Of a stretch of DNA of 64,000 nt, positions 48,854-63,129 are shown one piece after another. The position numbers were made by a program, and so were the translations under genes. Each line of letters opens with the position of its first letter. Positions within the stretch are counted from its first letter, which is position 1. The notes beneath the pieces are model-generated. The model worked only from the letters and a program-made list of their open reading frames with translations. It had not been told where the DNA came from and searched no databases. Location: NCBI GenBank assembly GCA_043228905.1, contig JBHGNT010000006.1, positions 22,072,001-22,136,000 of the forward strand. The letters are read 5' to 3'. The DNA comes from Azolla caroliniana (Eukaryota > Plantae > Polypodiophyta).

Positions 48854-51800
48854 ATGGCTCAAATTAACGACCCGATGTCATCCGCTCAAGCAGAAGGAAC
48901 TCAAGGGAATCCTCCTGGACAAATGTCCACTGAGATGTATTTGGCACAAATAACCCAATACCTTAGTTTCACCGCTCAATAGATGACCGAACTTCGGCAA
49001 TCTCAGAGTGCTCTTGAGGCACGTGTCATTAGTCTACAACGTGAGACTAATAGACCTGATGAGCGACAAGGTGAACCATCATTTGTCGTTAAGCCATTTA
49101 CGGGAGACAAAAAGGAAAGAACCGAAGAAGCAATCTGCACATGGCTGGGACGATGGGAGTCTCATTTTGAGCTCTATCCCACGCCAGATAGTACGAAGAT
49201 TGCATATGTCGGCCGAGAACTCGGGGGTAAGGCCGCCGCCTGGTGGCGTGGCCTCCGTACTATGGGGAAATTGCCCGATACCTGGACAGATTTTGTCACG
49301 GTTTTTAAGGGCCAATTTCTGCAACCTCCCTCTCGAACCGAGGCAGCACAAGCTTTAATGAACCTCTCTAGCAGGAAATTTTCCTCGCTAGAAGACTATG
49401 TTCACCATGCTAGAACCCAAATCCAAAAATCGGGTCTAGAAGGGGACAATTGGTTGATAGCTTGTTTTGTCAATGGCATCCCCAATTCGGACTATCATTG
49501 GATAGTGCACGATAAGGATCCAAAATCCTTCGAAGAGGCCGTTGAAATAGTTCTTCACTATCAACGCACTTCGAAGAAGGACCATAACAAACCCAATGAA
49601 GCGCCCGGGACTAAGCAGTCGCAATTTGTTGGGAAACGCAAGACACCCAACGAATTCCTGGATCGCGATTGTAAGCGACAACATCCTTTTTGTGTATTCT
49701 GCAAAAAGAAGGGTCATACAAAAGATCAATGTCGAAAGCTCCAACAGAAGGAGCACGACAACAAAGCTAAAGCTGCAGACCATAAAGGTCAGATTCCTAA
49801 TGTCCTTCAGGTCTATACACACCATTTAAGTAATTGTCAATGTTCTTTCCCTCACTATGTATTGGGTCCCAATGATTTACTACGTGCAAACAGGTATATC
49901 AATGGATCTCCCGTACAATTTTTATTTGATTCGGGAAGCTCACACAATTTTGTGAATGATCGTTTGGTTCAGATATGGGGAATCCAACCCAACGTAAGTG
50001 ATCACACCTACACGGTGCACTTGGCTGATGGAAGAGTACAATACATCAACGGGGCGATTCATTTATTAGGAATTTCTATTGATACTTATATAGAGGAAGT
50101 AGACTTCCATGTAATGAATCTTTGTACCGCCGATGTAATACTGGGTTATCCCTGGTTTTATAGTAAAAACTCTTCTTTATTTATTGATTGGGTTCGTCAT
50201 TCCATTTCTTTTGTACTGAACGATTGTACGCATTTTATTCAATGTGTAAAAAAACACTCCCTCTCGATTGTTTCCTCGTGTCCATCAATATCCGAGTTGT
50301 CTTGTTCTACGTTATTTTATTGTGTACTTGATCCGGACATTCACGTTTACAATATCGATAATGTCGCGATTCAATTAACATATTTTGAACAACAACAACT
50401 TGATGAAATCTTAAATGATTTTCATGATGTTTTTCCAAGTGAACTACCTGATGGGTTACCTCCTAAACGTAATATAGACCATCGTATAGATATTGTACCT
50501 GGTGTTGCACCAATAAGTATACCTCCCTATCGCTTAAGTCGATCCGAAGAAGATGAGGTATCTAAGCAACTCAAGGACTATTTACGAATGGGTTATATAC
50601 GTTATAGTAAATCTCCATGGGGTGCACCAGTTCTCTTGGTTAAAAAGAAAGAGGGCACATGGTGTATGTGTATTAATTACCGACGCTTGAATAAAGTGAC
50701 GATCAAGAATTCGTATCCATTGCCCCGGGCTGACGATCTAATTGACCGTCTCCAGGGAGCTAGGTATTTTACGAAACTTGATCTCCGTACTGGCTACCAT
50801 CAAATACGAATAAGTGAGGACGATGTTCCTAAAACGGCATTTCGTACGCGCTATGGCCATTACGAGTTTTTGGTTATGCCTTTTGGTTTGACCAATGCTC
50901 CGGCTACTTTTCAACAAGAAATGAATGACATTTTCCGAGAACAACTTGGAAAATTTGTCGTTATTTTCTTGGATGATATTTTAGTTTATAGCCGTACATT
51001 ACAAGAACATGCTAGACATGTCCGCTTTGTTTTACAAACATTGCGTGACAAACAGTTTTATGCGAAGATCTCAAAATGTGAGTTCTTCAAGAAATCAATT
51101 ACTTATCTAGGACATCTCATAACCGAACGAGGAGTTGAAATTGATCCTTCTCGCATTGAGAAAATCAAGCTTTGGCCCACTCTTCGGAATATTCGAGAAG
51201 TTCGATCATTCCTTGGTTTTGTGGGGTTTTTGCGAAAGTCTCTTTGTAATTACTCCCAATTGACGACGCCATTTACTGATCTTTTAAAAGGTCAAACGCG
51301 TAAGTCTACAAAACCTATTGCGTGGAATGCTACACTAGACCTTGCCTTTAAGGAACTCAAGGACCTGGTTTGCAAGGCTCCTTCACTTCTTTTACCTGAT
51401 CCTTCAAAACCTTTTGAGGTTGAAACCGATGCAAGCGATTATGCTATAGGTGTTGTCTTGTATCAAGATGGTAAACCAATAGCATTCGAGAGTAAGAAAC
51501 TTGATTCTGCTCAATGTCGGTATACCGTTCAAGAAAAGGAATTATTTGCAGTTATACATGCGCTCAAAACATGGTGCCATTATCTTTATGGAAATCACTT
51601 TGTGGTAACTACGGACCACGAGTCCTTGAAATATTTTTGTGACCAACAAGACTTGAAAGGTCGTAAGGCACGATGGGCTGATCTCATCCAGGACTTTGAT
51701 TTTTCCATACGATATCGTAAAGGTTCCATGAACACTGTCGCTGATGCACTAAGTCGCATCCGTGAAGTTAACACGCTTAGCTTCACTGAAATATCATCAG

Positions 51801-53473
51801 ATCTTTATGATCACCTTCGAGGAAAGTATCCTGATGACAGTTATTTCGCAAAATACTGGGCAAGAGTTGAGTCTGGAACAGACACCACCACATCCTTGAA
51901 GGAATACTTCCACATTGCTAACGGTTTGCTCTACCGTAATGGGAAGGTTTGTGTTCCAGATTTACCCGAGGTAAAAAAGAGGATTCTTTTTTAATGCCAT
52001 GATGCACCCTCAACAGGGCACCCTGGAATACATCGTACACTCGTTCTCATCTCCACTCAATTTTATTGGCCTAAGATGCGTCCTGACATACATAGCTATG
52101 TGACTAAATGTCACCAGTGTCAGGTTAACAAAGCCGAGCGACTTAAAGCTGCAGGACTTTTACATCCCTTGGACATTCCCAATAATAAGTGGGAAAGTAT
52201 ATCCATGGATTTTATTGTTAGCCTTCCTCGCACCCAAAAAGGTCATGATGCCATCTGGGTTGTCGTTGATCGACTAACTAAAATGGCCAGATTTATTGCT
52301 ACTAAAACCACGGTAACAGCTCATGAATTGGCTTACCAATTCGTTGACGAATTGTTTCGTTTTTATGGGTTACCGATGGATATCGTGAGTGATCGAGATC
52401 CAAAGTTTACTAGTGACTTCTGGACACAAGTCTTTAAGAAGTTAGAAACTACATTGAGCATGAGCTCCACGGATCATCCTCAATCCGATGGACAGACAGA
52501 ACGAGTAAATCAAATTATTGAGGACATGCTTCGAGCATACGTTGGTGCAAAACCAACAAAATGGGAATGTTATCTCCCAATTTTGGAGTTTGCTTATAAC
52601 AGCTCCAAGCATACGTCGACGGGATATAGTCCTTTTATGTTGATGTATGGTTTTCAGCCACGAGCCCCGATTGATGTTACTATACATCATGATGAGTTGC
52701 GAAGTACGCAAAACTTTCTTCGGGATATGCAAGATATGTTGCATATTGCACGAGATAATATAAAAACAGCTCAAGATAGAGCGCGTTTTTATGCCGATCA
52801 TCATAGGCAACCTCGTGTATTCAACCCTGGACAGAAGGTATTTTTACGTGTACCTCACAATTCTAAGACATTGTCTACGGGTAAGTGCGCTAAGTTAGCC
52901 CCACGGTTTTGTGGACCTTTTACAGTCCTCAAACGAATTGGGTCATCAGCCTATCGTCTCGCTCTTCCCGATGGTGTCGGAATTCATCCAGTCTTTCATG
53001 TGAGTCGTCTAAAAGAACTTCTAGGTTCTGGCGACAATACAGTTACGACTGAAACTCTGGTTACTTCTGAAGAATTATCTTCTAAACCACATGTACCAGA
53101 AAGAATTCTCGATGTTAAAACAAAAAAATTACGTACTAAAGAAATCCGAGAATTCAAAATAAAATGGATGGATAAATCAATAAAAGATGCCACATGGGAA
53201 CGCGAAAATTGTTAAACACAGTGCTTGGCCACAACCGAGGAATAGGATCAACTCACAGAAAACAGGAAATACAAAAAGGCACGAAGACAATAGAGAGAAG
53301 AGTACACAGGATGTTTTACGTGGAAAACCCTAAATGGGAAAAACCACGGGAGTCCTCAAACTCCAACTATCACTATGAACAGAGATGTACAATGGTGAAG
53401 CTACAAGGCAACAACCTTGAGCTCACTGTCTTCGCCACAGGCGGCGGTAATACACAGAGGCAACGACCTCTTC

Positions 53474-53508
<35 letters not shown>

Positions 53509-53913
53509 CTGCTCACTTAGCTCCCTCTAAGTGGAAAAACAGAAAAATGAGTAACAGTCATACAGCCAGCAGCACTAAACAATTTGCCCTAAGTCATATT
53601 TATACACATATGACTTTCGGGCTATTTACAAATATAGCCTCAAGGGCCCTTGGCAAACATATTCACAAATATGTCCCCGCATCCGGATCTCTCTCTCCGG
53701 GTACATTCGTCATCCGGCTCCGTAGCCGGGGTCTTCATCATCCGGTTCCGTAACCGGGTCTTCATCATCCGGTTCCGTAACCGGGTCTTCATCCCGATTC
53801 CCGGACATCTGACCATCCCATCCGGAGGGACTGTAATCCCAACAAAAATACTCTTAGAACTAACTTCCCTAACTTTCCATTGCAAGAGTGCAATGTTTTA
53901 AAGAGGGGGAGTA
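48854..53913 (+). pseudogene. Chromovirus single-frame gag-pol (gag, AP, RT, RH, INT, chromodomain); two nonsense codons and a solo-LTR insertion
   Basis: [75 protein letters not shown]|TLRTNFP; stops at 48980 and 51992 in the same frame. Confidence 0.92.
53210..53844 (-). mobile_element. Solo LTR (copia-like) inserted in the chromodomain coding sequence
   Basis: TG..CA ends; perfect TSD AAAAT; internal 27-bp repeat CCGGGTCTTCATCATCCGGTTCCGTAA; related to LTR 1-704. Confidence 0.92.
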
Positions 53914-55001
53914 TGTTACGGGCATGCCCATATAATATCCCGTGGTAAGAATTTACCGTAGTAATCTATACACGTGGATAAGTGTGAGGGTTAAATGAGA
54001 GTGTAAAGAAGGGGAGGATTACTTTTAATCCTCGGGATTGAGACAACCCATTAGGTCAAGTGTGAACTTGCCTGGGGGCCTTGGGTATCGCTATAAATAA
54101 GAGGCCTAGCTACCCTCATTTGATCATCTTTTGACTACATCGAGACTCTGCTCGTGTGGTGGGTCAACTCTTGTAGCGAGCGCGCCAGCACTAGGTACGA
54201 CTCGACGCCACGGCGGTGGTATGGGACGCCGATCGAGGCTCGAGTCCGTCTCGATCCCTTCGCTCGGGGGTGGTCGGGTGGATCGGCACCCTTCTTTCTC
54301 TTTCTCCTTTCTATCTTTCATTTCTTTATCCTTATCTTAAGCTTACTTTAGTACTAAGATCTATAATAGGATACTTGTTGCTGAACTTGCTCGGAGTGAC
54401 TCCGGTAACTTGAGGGACAGAACCGGCTGGCTGGTCTTCCCGAATGTTGCCGAGTCGGAGTGAGCCCAGTTAGCTTCCGATTGTATGTCGAATACCGATT
54501 ACAAGAAACCGATTGTTTGGGTTGATTCTGCTTTGGATGACTGCAGCGATGAGATGGATAGATCCAACTGATCCTCCCGAATGTTGATCAGCCGAATGAA
54601 GCACGAATTTGGTTGTTGCCAAGAGACAATCTGCAGCGAGTGGTTACAACAAGCGGGTGAATAGCATCCGGTGACCTATTCAGATGTTGTTTAACCGAAT
54701 GAAGCACGATTGGGTCAAGTGTTGCACAGGAGCTCGCCTCAAGTGGTTACAATCATAGGAACAGAGTACAACCGGCTACCTTACTCCAATTAGTGATTTA
54801 ACACAGTGAGATGCAAACTTCTTGTTTGTCTTCTCTTTTTTTTGTTCTTCAAGAAGTTAATGTTGTGGTGTACGATGACGGCCGACAACGGGTTGAAGAA
54901 CCTCCAATGCTCTGATACCAAATGTTGGGGACAAGGTCATTAGTGCGGAAGAACAAACAACGTCTGTTATGGTGAAGAACCTGCGTATGAGAATGAACAA
55001 G

Positions 55002-55005
<4 letters not shown>

Positions 55006-55053
<48 letters not shown>
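55006..55053. repeat. (GA)n microsatellite in the copia D LTR
   Basis: Read directly from the sequence. Confidence 0.95.
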
Positions 55054-55057
<4 letters not shown>

Positions 55058-56039
55058 GCACTAAGAAACGTTTTATTTCTTAATAGCAACAGTTACAAAT
55101 GACAATGTCTACTCTTGATTACAACATTCATTAGTTAATTCATGAATGACAAGAGTCACTAAACTCCACATATATTACGTATAATGTTTTTCTCTCAATC
55201 CCATAGATCACATCTAATCTCAAAGGACAATAATAAAAACTCTCTTAGAACTAAAATATGTATCCTATGGAACTACGTCTTTTGAATTGCAATGGGTACC
55301 CATGATATGTGAGATTTGCCATACAAGAGTAGATCAATGAATCAAATATCATCTTTATCTTTGAAAAGTGGGGGCATGAAACTAAAAGGGATCACAATTT
55401 CTGTGACTACAATTGACACTCCTTGATATTGGTGAAAGTCCAAGAAAATGAATGTTGCTCCTCCTGGAGAACACCTTCGATTACTCCTCCTGAGTAATCG
55501 GGTCAAGGAATCGTAGTGCGTAGAGGCTTGTGCCTCGAAACAATTTAGAACATTCCTGATAAGAGGAATTGCACTCTGCAGGAACGGCTACAACCGATCC
55601 ACATTACGAATTACACAGACCGAACTTAATTATATAAAATAGCTCAATGGCGACAGACAGTGGTTGCCCACAAAGTATGTAGATATTCGAGTATAGTAGA
55701 ATGCGATACAATATCAATACAAATACTGAGAAGAATCGGTACAACACTCACTCACTCATTTTCTAGTCTAAGCTTAGTGCTGTGAGAGTTCTAATCTCTC
55801 CTCTAGTCTATGATCTCTCAAGTCTCTCCTATGATTCCGATCCCCTTTTGAGTTCGCTACTTCCTTGATTATATAGCCTTCCCTTAGCTGGAAGCTTTTC
55901 CAATTACTCCCTCGATATTCGGCTTCTGCCTTCCGCTGTTTGTATTTGGCTTCTTTTGGTCCTTTCACATTCTATTAGAGACATGAACTAATGTAAGCAT
56001 AAAATAAGGATAAAAGATCGTCGATGAATTCCTCTAGGA

Positions 56040-57020
56040 GGATCCCAAATGTCGTGGTGTGCGTCTGTGCCAAGGCGTGGAACTCCTCGGTGAGGTCCTC
56101 TCGGAGCACCTGAATGCTACTCTCATCCATCTTAAAAAACCCGTGGCCCTCCTTTTTTCAATTCTTTGCATCTGCTTGGAATATTTGTAATTCGGCCGCT
56201 TGTGCCAACCATTCGTTCCATCCCCAAGCTAGTGCCTCATCGACCTTCCAATACATTCTTTTCGCTCTCCATCTTGCGCAAGATCCGGTGATGTAACCCG
56301 AAGTGTCGCTGTAGTTCAGTGTGCTCGTTTTGGAGAGTCAGGAGTGCGTTGTTTTGTATAGCGTATGCCCATTGGTACCCTTCCTCTATCTCATGTAATT
56401 TGGCAACCGATATAGTGTTGGCGGCTTGAAGAGCAGTTGTGGCCCATGCTTCCATTTCATGGAGCTTGGCAACCGATTCATCATTGGCAGCCAAAAGAGT
56501 TGCCGCGGCTTTCGCTTCCATATCTTGGAGCGCATGATTAAATTCCGTCGTCTTAGAATCGAGCTTTTGTTGTAATTCGGCTTCTCGTTGTTGTGACTGC
56601 TCGCGGATGTGTTCGATTTCCTCCGTGGCCTCCTAGTAGTGTTGTTTGGCCTTCTGGGTTTCTAATTCTTCTGCAAAGATTGGTGGTAGACTTCTACCAG
56701 GGCCTTGATTAGCTCGGCTAGCTCGATGAGGAGGTGGTTGCTCCTCTTCCGTCGTTTTCGGCCGATTTTCTATAGAGCCGCCTGTTCGTCCGATTCGAGT
56801 TCTCCTGCGATAGCCCTCTGGACCATTTCCCTGTCCGCATGTTCTTCGGCCATGTTTCCGTGGCTGCTACCTGGAGTCGAGTGAGGAAGTCGATGAGCTT
56901 GTAAGAAGTGCCATGTTGCAAAATCGCACCGAGCTCAAAAGCTTCGACTGGCAAGTCCGGAAAGGTCAGCACAACATCTTCCGAGATTTTGGAGGCCTGG
57001 CCCTTCTTGAGATTCCTCGG
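56040..57020 (-). pseudogene. Degenerate coiled-coil ORF, probably a retroelement accessory ORF fragment
   Basis: ORFs 56718..56972 and 56237..56521 with an internal repeat (VAKLHEMEA/VAKLHEIEE); lies among TE remnants. Confidence 0.4.
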
Positions 57021-57054
57021 GAGAGAGAGAGAGAGCCAATGTTCCCTCCACTTC

Positions 57055-60000
57055 CTCTAGATTAGTTACTAGCATTAACTATTATTGTTTTCTTTTTATT
57101 ACTAATTGTATTTTTCAAACACATCCAACGTTCTCCACGTTCTTGTATTATATAAAGAGGAAACTAGGAATGTTAGAGGGTGGTATTTTTATGCTCTAGC
57201 TGCTGTAGCAATTAACCCTGGTAGATGTATTCCAACATGTAATCACATCTTATTATCTATTAGATAGCAGTTGCGATTCTCCTCATTTCTGTTCATGTGC
57301 CTCTCATTTCCTTACATGGTATGAGAGCGTCAGTAGTACAAAGCCTGAAAATATAGTTCCCACTCCATACTCTACTTCTGAGAAAGAAGAAGAAGAAGAA
57401 GAGAAAAAGAGACAACAACCTCAACATTATGACAAGCTCCACTTAGGCAAGAAAATAATTGGTAGATAAACTTAATGCAAAGAACTACAAAATTTGGAAA
57501 CCAAGGATGGAGCTACTACTCGACTTGGAGGAGCTACTTGAAGTCACAGTGGGAACCTGTCAAGCACCAAAAGGCACACAATCAGAAGCATGGAAAAAAT
57601 GGAAAAACATAGATGAACAAGCAAAACTTGAAATACTGCTACACGTAGAAGATAGGTAGACTGATGCCATTCGAAAACTCACAACTGCAACAGAAATGTG
57701 GTCCAAACTAAAATAGATGTTTGAACCACAAGATGGTACAACTAGAATCCATACTCTTGCTACCTTGTTTCACAATGTGTGTGTTTTGCAGGAAGAAGAA
57801 GATGTTCTTACCTGCTTGGACACTTGGGAGACATATCTCGAAGAAGCCACCACTGCTGGAATGAAATCTTAGAAGAAATGAAGATTGGGCTCTTATTGAG
57901 TAAACTTCCAGAATCTTGGAATACTTTTATCACTATGAATAGCTAGGATAACTCCTTATCTTATTTTATTACAAAAGTTCTTCATGAAAATCTACGACGA
58001 GAACTTAAAAATTTATTCCATCAATGGCAATGACTGTTGCAATCAACAAACCACAAACATTGTCATATAACAATCGTTAAAAGCCTAGATTTGACAATTA
58101 CAGATACACTGAAGTCTCTAATAAGGGAAATGAATCACAGAGAACTTCATCAAAATAGCATGGTGGAGGCTTCAAACTAATCAACAGGTATTGCAAAAGA
58201 GAAGGGCACACCAAGAGGGTATGTCAATTTAAGCAATTTGTAGAAAATAAGAAACAACCACAAGCCAACAATGTCATTTTAGAGGATAAATCTGATGATA
58301 AATCAGAATGCTATTCAGAATCAAGAGATGATTATGACAACGTGCGAGAAGAAGGAAACATTATTCAAGCATACCACATCATTGCAGAAGAATCGAAAAC
58401 AGATTATGACACATGGTACCTGGATACTGGTGTCACACACCATCTCACATACCGAAGAGACTGGTTAGACGATTATCAAGTTCTCTCCAATCAGTTGCAG
58501 GTGATTTTTGGTGATAAAGGAAAGAAATCTGCAATTGGTAAAGGTACAATTAAAATCAAACTTTCAAAAGATCATCAAATTACTGTTCATAATGTGTATT
58601 ATGTGCTTGGATTGACAAAACATCTGTTATCAGTCAGACAAGCTACAATAGATGGACTTGCAATTCAGTTTTGCAGAGATAAAGCAATTCTACAATTTCA
58701 AGATGGTAACTCATCCATTCAGATGGTCTATCCTAAAGAACAACATCTGTATCCAATCCATAATCAATCAGCATATGCATTAGTTGCACCTGTCCAAACA
58801 AAGAAACAATCAATGCACTCAGCTACGTATTATGACATTGTCTTTTTGGTCACATGCATATTTCAACACTTCAACAATGTCAACAACTAAAAAGAATGAA
58901 AGGATTACCAGAACTAGGCTTCAAATCTATTTCTATATGTGAAAGTTGCTTGTTCGGAAAGATGTTCCATCAGCCATTTGCCTAAAGCAAGACTGTTATA
59001 GAATTCCCACTTCAACTTTTTCATACAAACCTATGTGGGCCATTTCCTGTACCGTCTCTCTCTAGAGCAAGGTATTTCATTTCATTTATTGATAATACTA
59101 CCAGATTCACAGTAGTCAGCTTCCTAAAACATAAAAAGTGAGGCATTTGCAGCATTCTGTAAATGCAAACAGCTTGAAGAAAATCAAACATCAAGAACCA
59201 TTAAAAAGGTGAGAAGCGATAATGGTGGAGAATATGTACCCCAAGCATGGGAGAATTTTTTCGACAAAAATGGAATAATTCATCAAAAAACAGTACCCTA
59301 CACTCCACAACAAAATGACATCACTGAAAGAAAGAATAGAACGTTGTTAAATGTTGCTCGTAGTCTGCTCAAAACGGGACAAATGAAACAACAATTCTGG
59401 GAAGATGCAATTTCCACAACCTGCTATCTGCAAAATAGGACTCCTCACACTACATTACAAGGTGAAATCCCATTTACAATATGGTATGGTGACGTACCTG
59501 ATGTTCCCATCTCAAAAAATTTGGTGCAGTAGCGTATGTATATGTAAATCCACATCACAGATCAAAGCTGGATGATAGATGCTTCAGAGGACAGTTCATT
59601 GGGTATGGGGAGCAAAATGGTCTCAAAGTATACAAAATATTCAATCCACAAACAAGTAAAACAGTTTACAATAGGTCAGTAAAATTTGATGGGTTGTCCC
59701 TTTTACAGAGAAATGGAGATACTATAATTAGTGAAGATGGAGAAGATCTCGGATGTCTACCACACTTGGTGGAAACCGAGCACAACAGTATTTACCCGAA
59801 TGCGTCGTCTTGGATTACATCTCCTTATGATGCAGCAAAAGAGTCTCCATCACGGATGCACACGAAATCCCAGCATCAAGGGACAACCATCGAGAACTCA
59901 AGCCCCTATGTTTCATGTCACAACGACCCTGCTGCATGCTCTCAGCCTGACATGCTAAATACAATAACCTCATCATCTCCATTAACGGCAGAGAAACAGT

Positions 60001-61873
60001 CTCACAGGTACCACAAAATAGATGAGAGTAGGAATACTTACCGTTGCGGCCGATCTAGACCGCTACTTTCTGCAGCCGTCGCAATGGGGCCACTGCCTAT
60101 GTGCTTTGAATTTGCCATCGACGGGTATTTTGAATTTGCCATCGACTCTAAAATTTCAGCCTTTGCCACGTATGTCAAAGATGCAAGCATCGATTTTGCT
60201 CCAATTCTAACTCTAAAACAGGTTCTCCGAAACACTGAAAAGGAAAGATGTCTACAAACGGTACAAATCGAGGCAGATGCACTGTACAAAAACAAGACAT
60301 GGAGCTTGGTTCCAAAACCATCAAAATCAAACATTATTAGCTGTAAGTGGTTATTTACAAAAAAATTTGATGCTCAAGGCAATTCTATTTGGTTCAAAGT
60401 TCAACTGGTAGCCAGAGGGTTTACTTAGATTCCGGGAGTTGACTATCATGAGACTTTCTCTCCCACACTTAAACTCACTTCTCTCTATCTCATATTTTCT
60501 ATTACTGCATATTTAAATTTAGAACTCCATCATGTTGACATTGAGACAACTTTCCTACATGGAGATTTGAAGGAGGATATCTACATGGAGCAGCCCTCAA
60601 TTCTTCAAGATAGTGCACATCCCAACTATGTATGCAAATTGCATAAACCTCCCTATGGCTTGAAGCAATCACCGCATCAATGGTATGCCAAACTCCATAA
60701 CTTTCTCCTTCACAATGGTTTTATGCAACTACAATCAAAACCAACATTGTACATCTGCAAGCAAGATTCCAATTTCCTCTTATTAGGAGTTTATGTGGAT
60801 GACTTACTAATTGTTGGTACCTCCCGGCATGACATTCTTCAATTTGTCAAGGAGTTACAAACTTTCCCACCAAGGACCTTGGAGAACTTGAATACTTTCT
60901 TGGTCTAGAAGTCAAGTGGAATCGCAGTATGGGAATCCTCTCCATCTCCCAAAATAAATTAGGTCATGGTATTCTTCAAAAGTTTGATATGATGGATTGC
61001 TCCTCCACTCACTGGTCCTTTCCATGTATCTAGCTCTGACTCCCCCTCTACTCCTGAAGAAGTTTCTTTTATGAAAAATAGACCATATCACCAAATCCTT
61101 GGTAGTTTGCGGTACTTAGTGAGTTACACCCCCCCTCACCTATCATTCTCCACAGGTTTTCTATCACATTTTATGGGGCATCCAAGCCCCCATCATTGGG
61201 AAGCCTTGAAGCATGTCCTCTAATACTTAAAATACACAAGTGATATGACCCTCTCTTACAAAGCCTTGCCCGCTTTCTCTAAAGATGGAATGGTGGCTCC
61301 ACTACATGGCCAGACAAATGCAGACTGGGGTGGTGACAAAGATACCTCACGATCTACATCCAGATATCTCTTCACATTCAGTGGTGGTGCCAGACAAAGA
61401 AACAATCTACGGTGGCATTGTCCTCCACAGAGGCCGAGTGTATTGTTGCCATCTTGGTCACTAAAGAGGGGCTTTGGCTAAAATCCATTTTTTATGAACT
61501 CAACATTATCAAGATTAATGAGTTCCATCTTATGATAGCACGGAATCCAAAGATTACTGAATAGAACAAGCACATTCGGGCCCACTATCATTTTTTGTGT
61601 GAATTGTTTGAGGATGGTACCATTCTCCTTTATTATACTCCTACCCTCCCTCCATATGTGGGCAGATTTCTTGACCAAACCAGTGCCTGTTGTCAAACAT
61701 TAGTCTTGTTGCCAACATGTTGGCCTCAAATGTGGTGCTAGAGTTACGTGAGGGTGTTAGAAACAACAAAACAGTTTCAGAGCAACTACTTTTAGTTGCC
61801 ACATTAACTCTACACCACATCTAGACTAGTTACTATTATTGTTTTCTTTTTATTAGTAACAATATTTTTCACG
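57055..61873 (+). mobile_element. Old Ty1/copia element E with both LTRs truncated
   Basis: PBS TGGTATGAGAGC at 57317; WYLDTGVTHH, RSDNGGEY, VYVDDL, ADWGGD; 57055-57118 matches 61822-61871; 3' LTR starts at 61755. Confidence 0.85.
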
Positions 61874-63129
61874 TTGTGAGCTCACAACGAACAACGCGTA
61901 GGAGAAAAGCCCAGTCGCCGTAACGGCGCCTCCCCGGAACACACGCGCTCAACCAACGTCCCAATGCGCCGAACAATTAGACAACACTACGGACTCAACT
62001 ATAAAACCATATTCTTCATCGAACGAGGAAACCACACACATTAATACACATTAGAGCCCATCACTTTGTGTTTCATTTCATGCAACTTAGATCACACTCA
62101 CTATTGTGTGGGACATGGCATTGGGGCACAAGTGATGACAATTGTCATCTATGCACAGTTTGCTCAAAACAACTTCCAGAGTCTAAATATAAGACTTTGC
62201 TACAATGCTCGACCTTTGATTGCATCCAACTATGCCTTCTACAAATCATTAACCAAACCCAATCCTTGCATGATTTTTTCTCACGAAACATAGTGTGCAT
62301 TCTCAATTGCAACATTCCTTAGTAAAATTCTTGAACATCAAGAGTTGTTACTAATTTTCACATGCATTATACGAAAATGTTATATTTTTTGTCTCATAGG
62401 CTATGTCTGACCTCCAAAGATGATAATAAAGTCTATCAATTTATAACACCTCCCTTTGATTCAAATGACAGATTTGCTTCATGCCAACCATTGATAATCT
62501 TCTTCACGTTTCTATGGGATATTTTCAAAATATTTATCTATCCTCATCTTATATAGGCTTTCACATTTCCATTTGAGTTTTAATAATTGAAAGATTGCAT
62601 TCTCAAGCAAATTGGAAGGGAAGGTTTCACGCATATATATATATATATATATATAGGAATGCGCTATTTGTCCCCCCCCCCCCCCCCCTTCCTAAACACC
62701 ACCCCCTCGTTTTGGCTAAAAAATGTCCCTTCCCATCTCCATCTCCATCTCCATCTGCATGTAATGTTCATGTTTGTTCATTCATATTTCTTTTATAAAG
62801 ATTTTTAAACACGTCTAGCTAGAGAATCTCATGCAAAAGTGCTTGTGAGTTCATGTTTCTTTAATAAAGTCTTTTAAACATTATGTTGTCTAGCTAGAGA
62901 ATCTCATCCCAGTTTTGCACATATTATTCTTAATCATGAGAAAAGTAATGACTAATATGTTAGAAAACTATTACTTCTTGTTTGAAATATTATCAACTTT
63001 AAGTATTGATTGTTTTTCTTAACAAACAATAGATTCACAATGGTGATTCAATGAATTGCAAGTGACAGATCCCTTTGCAATGTTCTGAATTGGTTTGTCA
63101 ATCAACATAGCATGTAGCATAACATCCCA

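Larger units (their letters stand above)
46709..54368 (+). mobile_element. Young Ty3/gypsy chromovirus, full length
   Basis: 455-bp LTRs 46709-47163 and 53914-54368 with 3 substitutions by eye; TSD GGATA; PBS TGGTATCAGA at 47166; PPT AAAGAGGGGGAG. Confidence 0.95.
45583..55229 (-). mobile_element. Ty1/copia element D remnant (5' LTR ~54923-55229, PBS-Met, long leader, gag; pol missing), split by the chromovirus
   Basis: TGGTATCAGAGC (minus) at 54909-54920; gag RFNGSNFNF.., LIRRLYNLRM, LPSSWETF, CNYCKKPGHIKADC (45651-46560); far LTR end is tentative. Confidence 0.7.
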
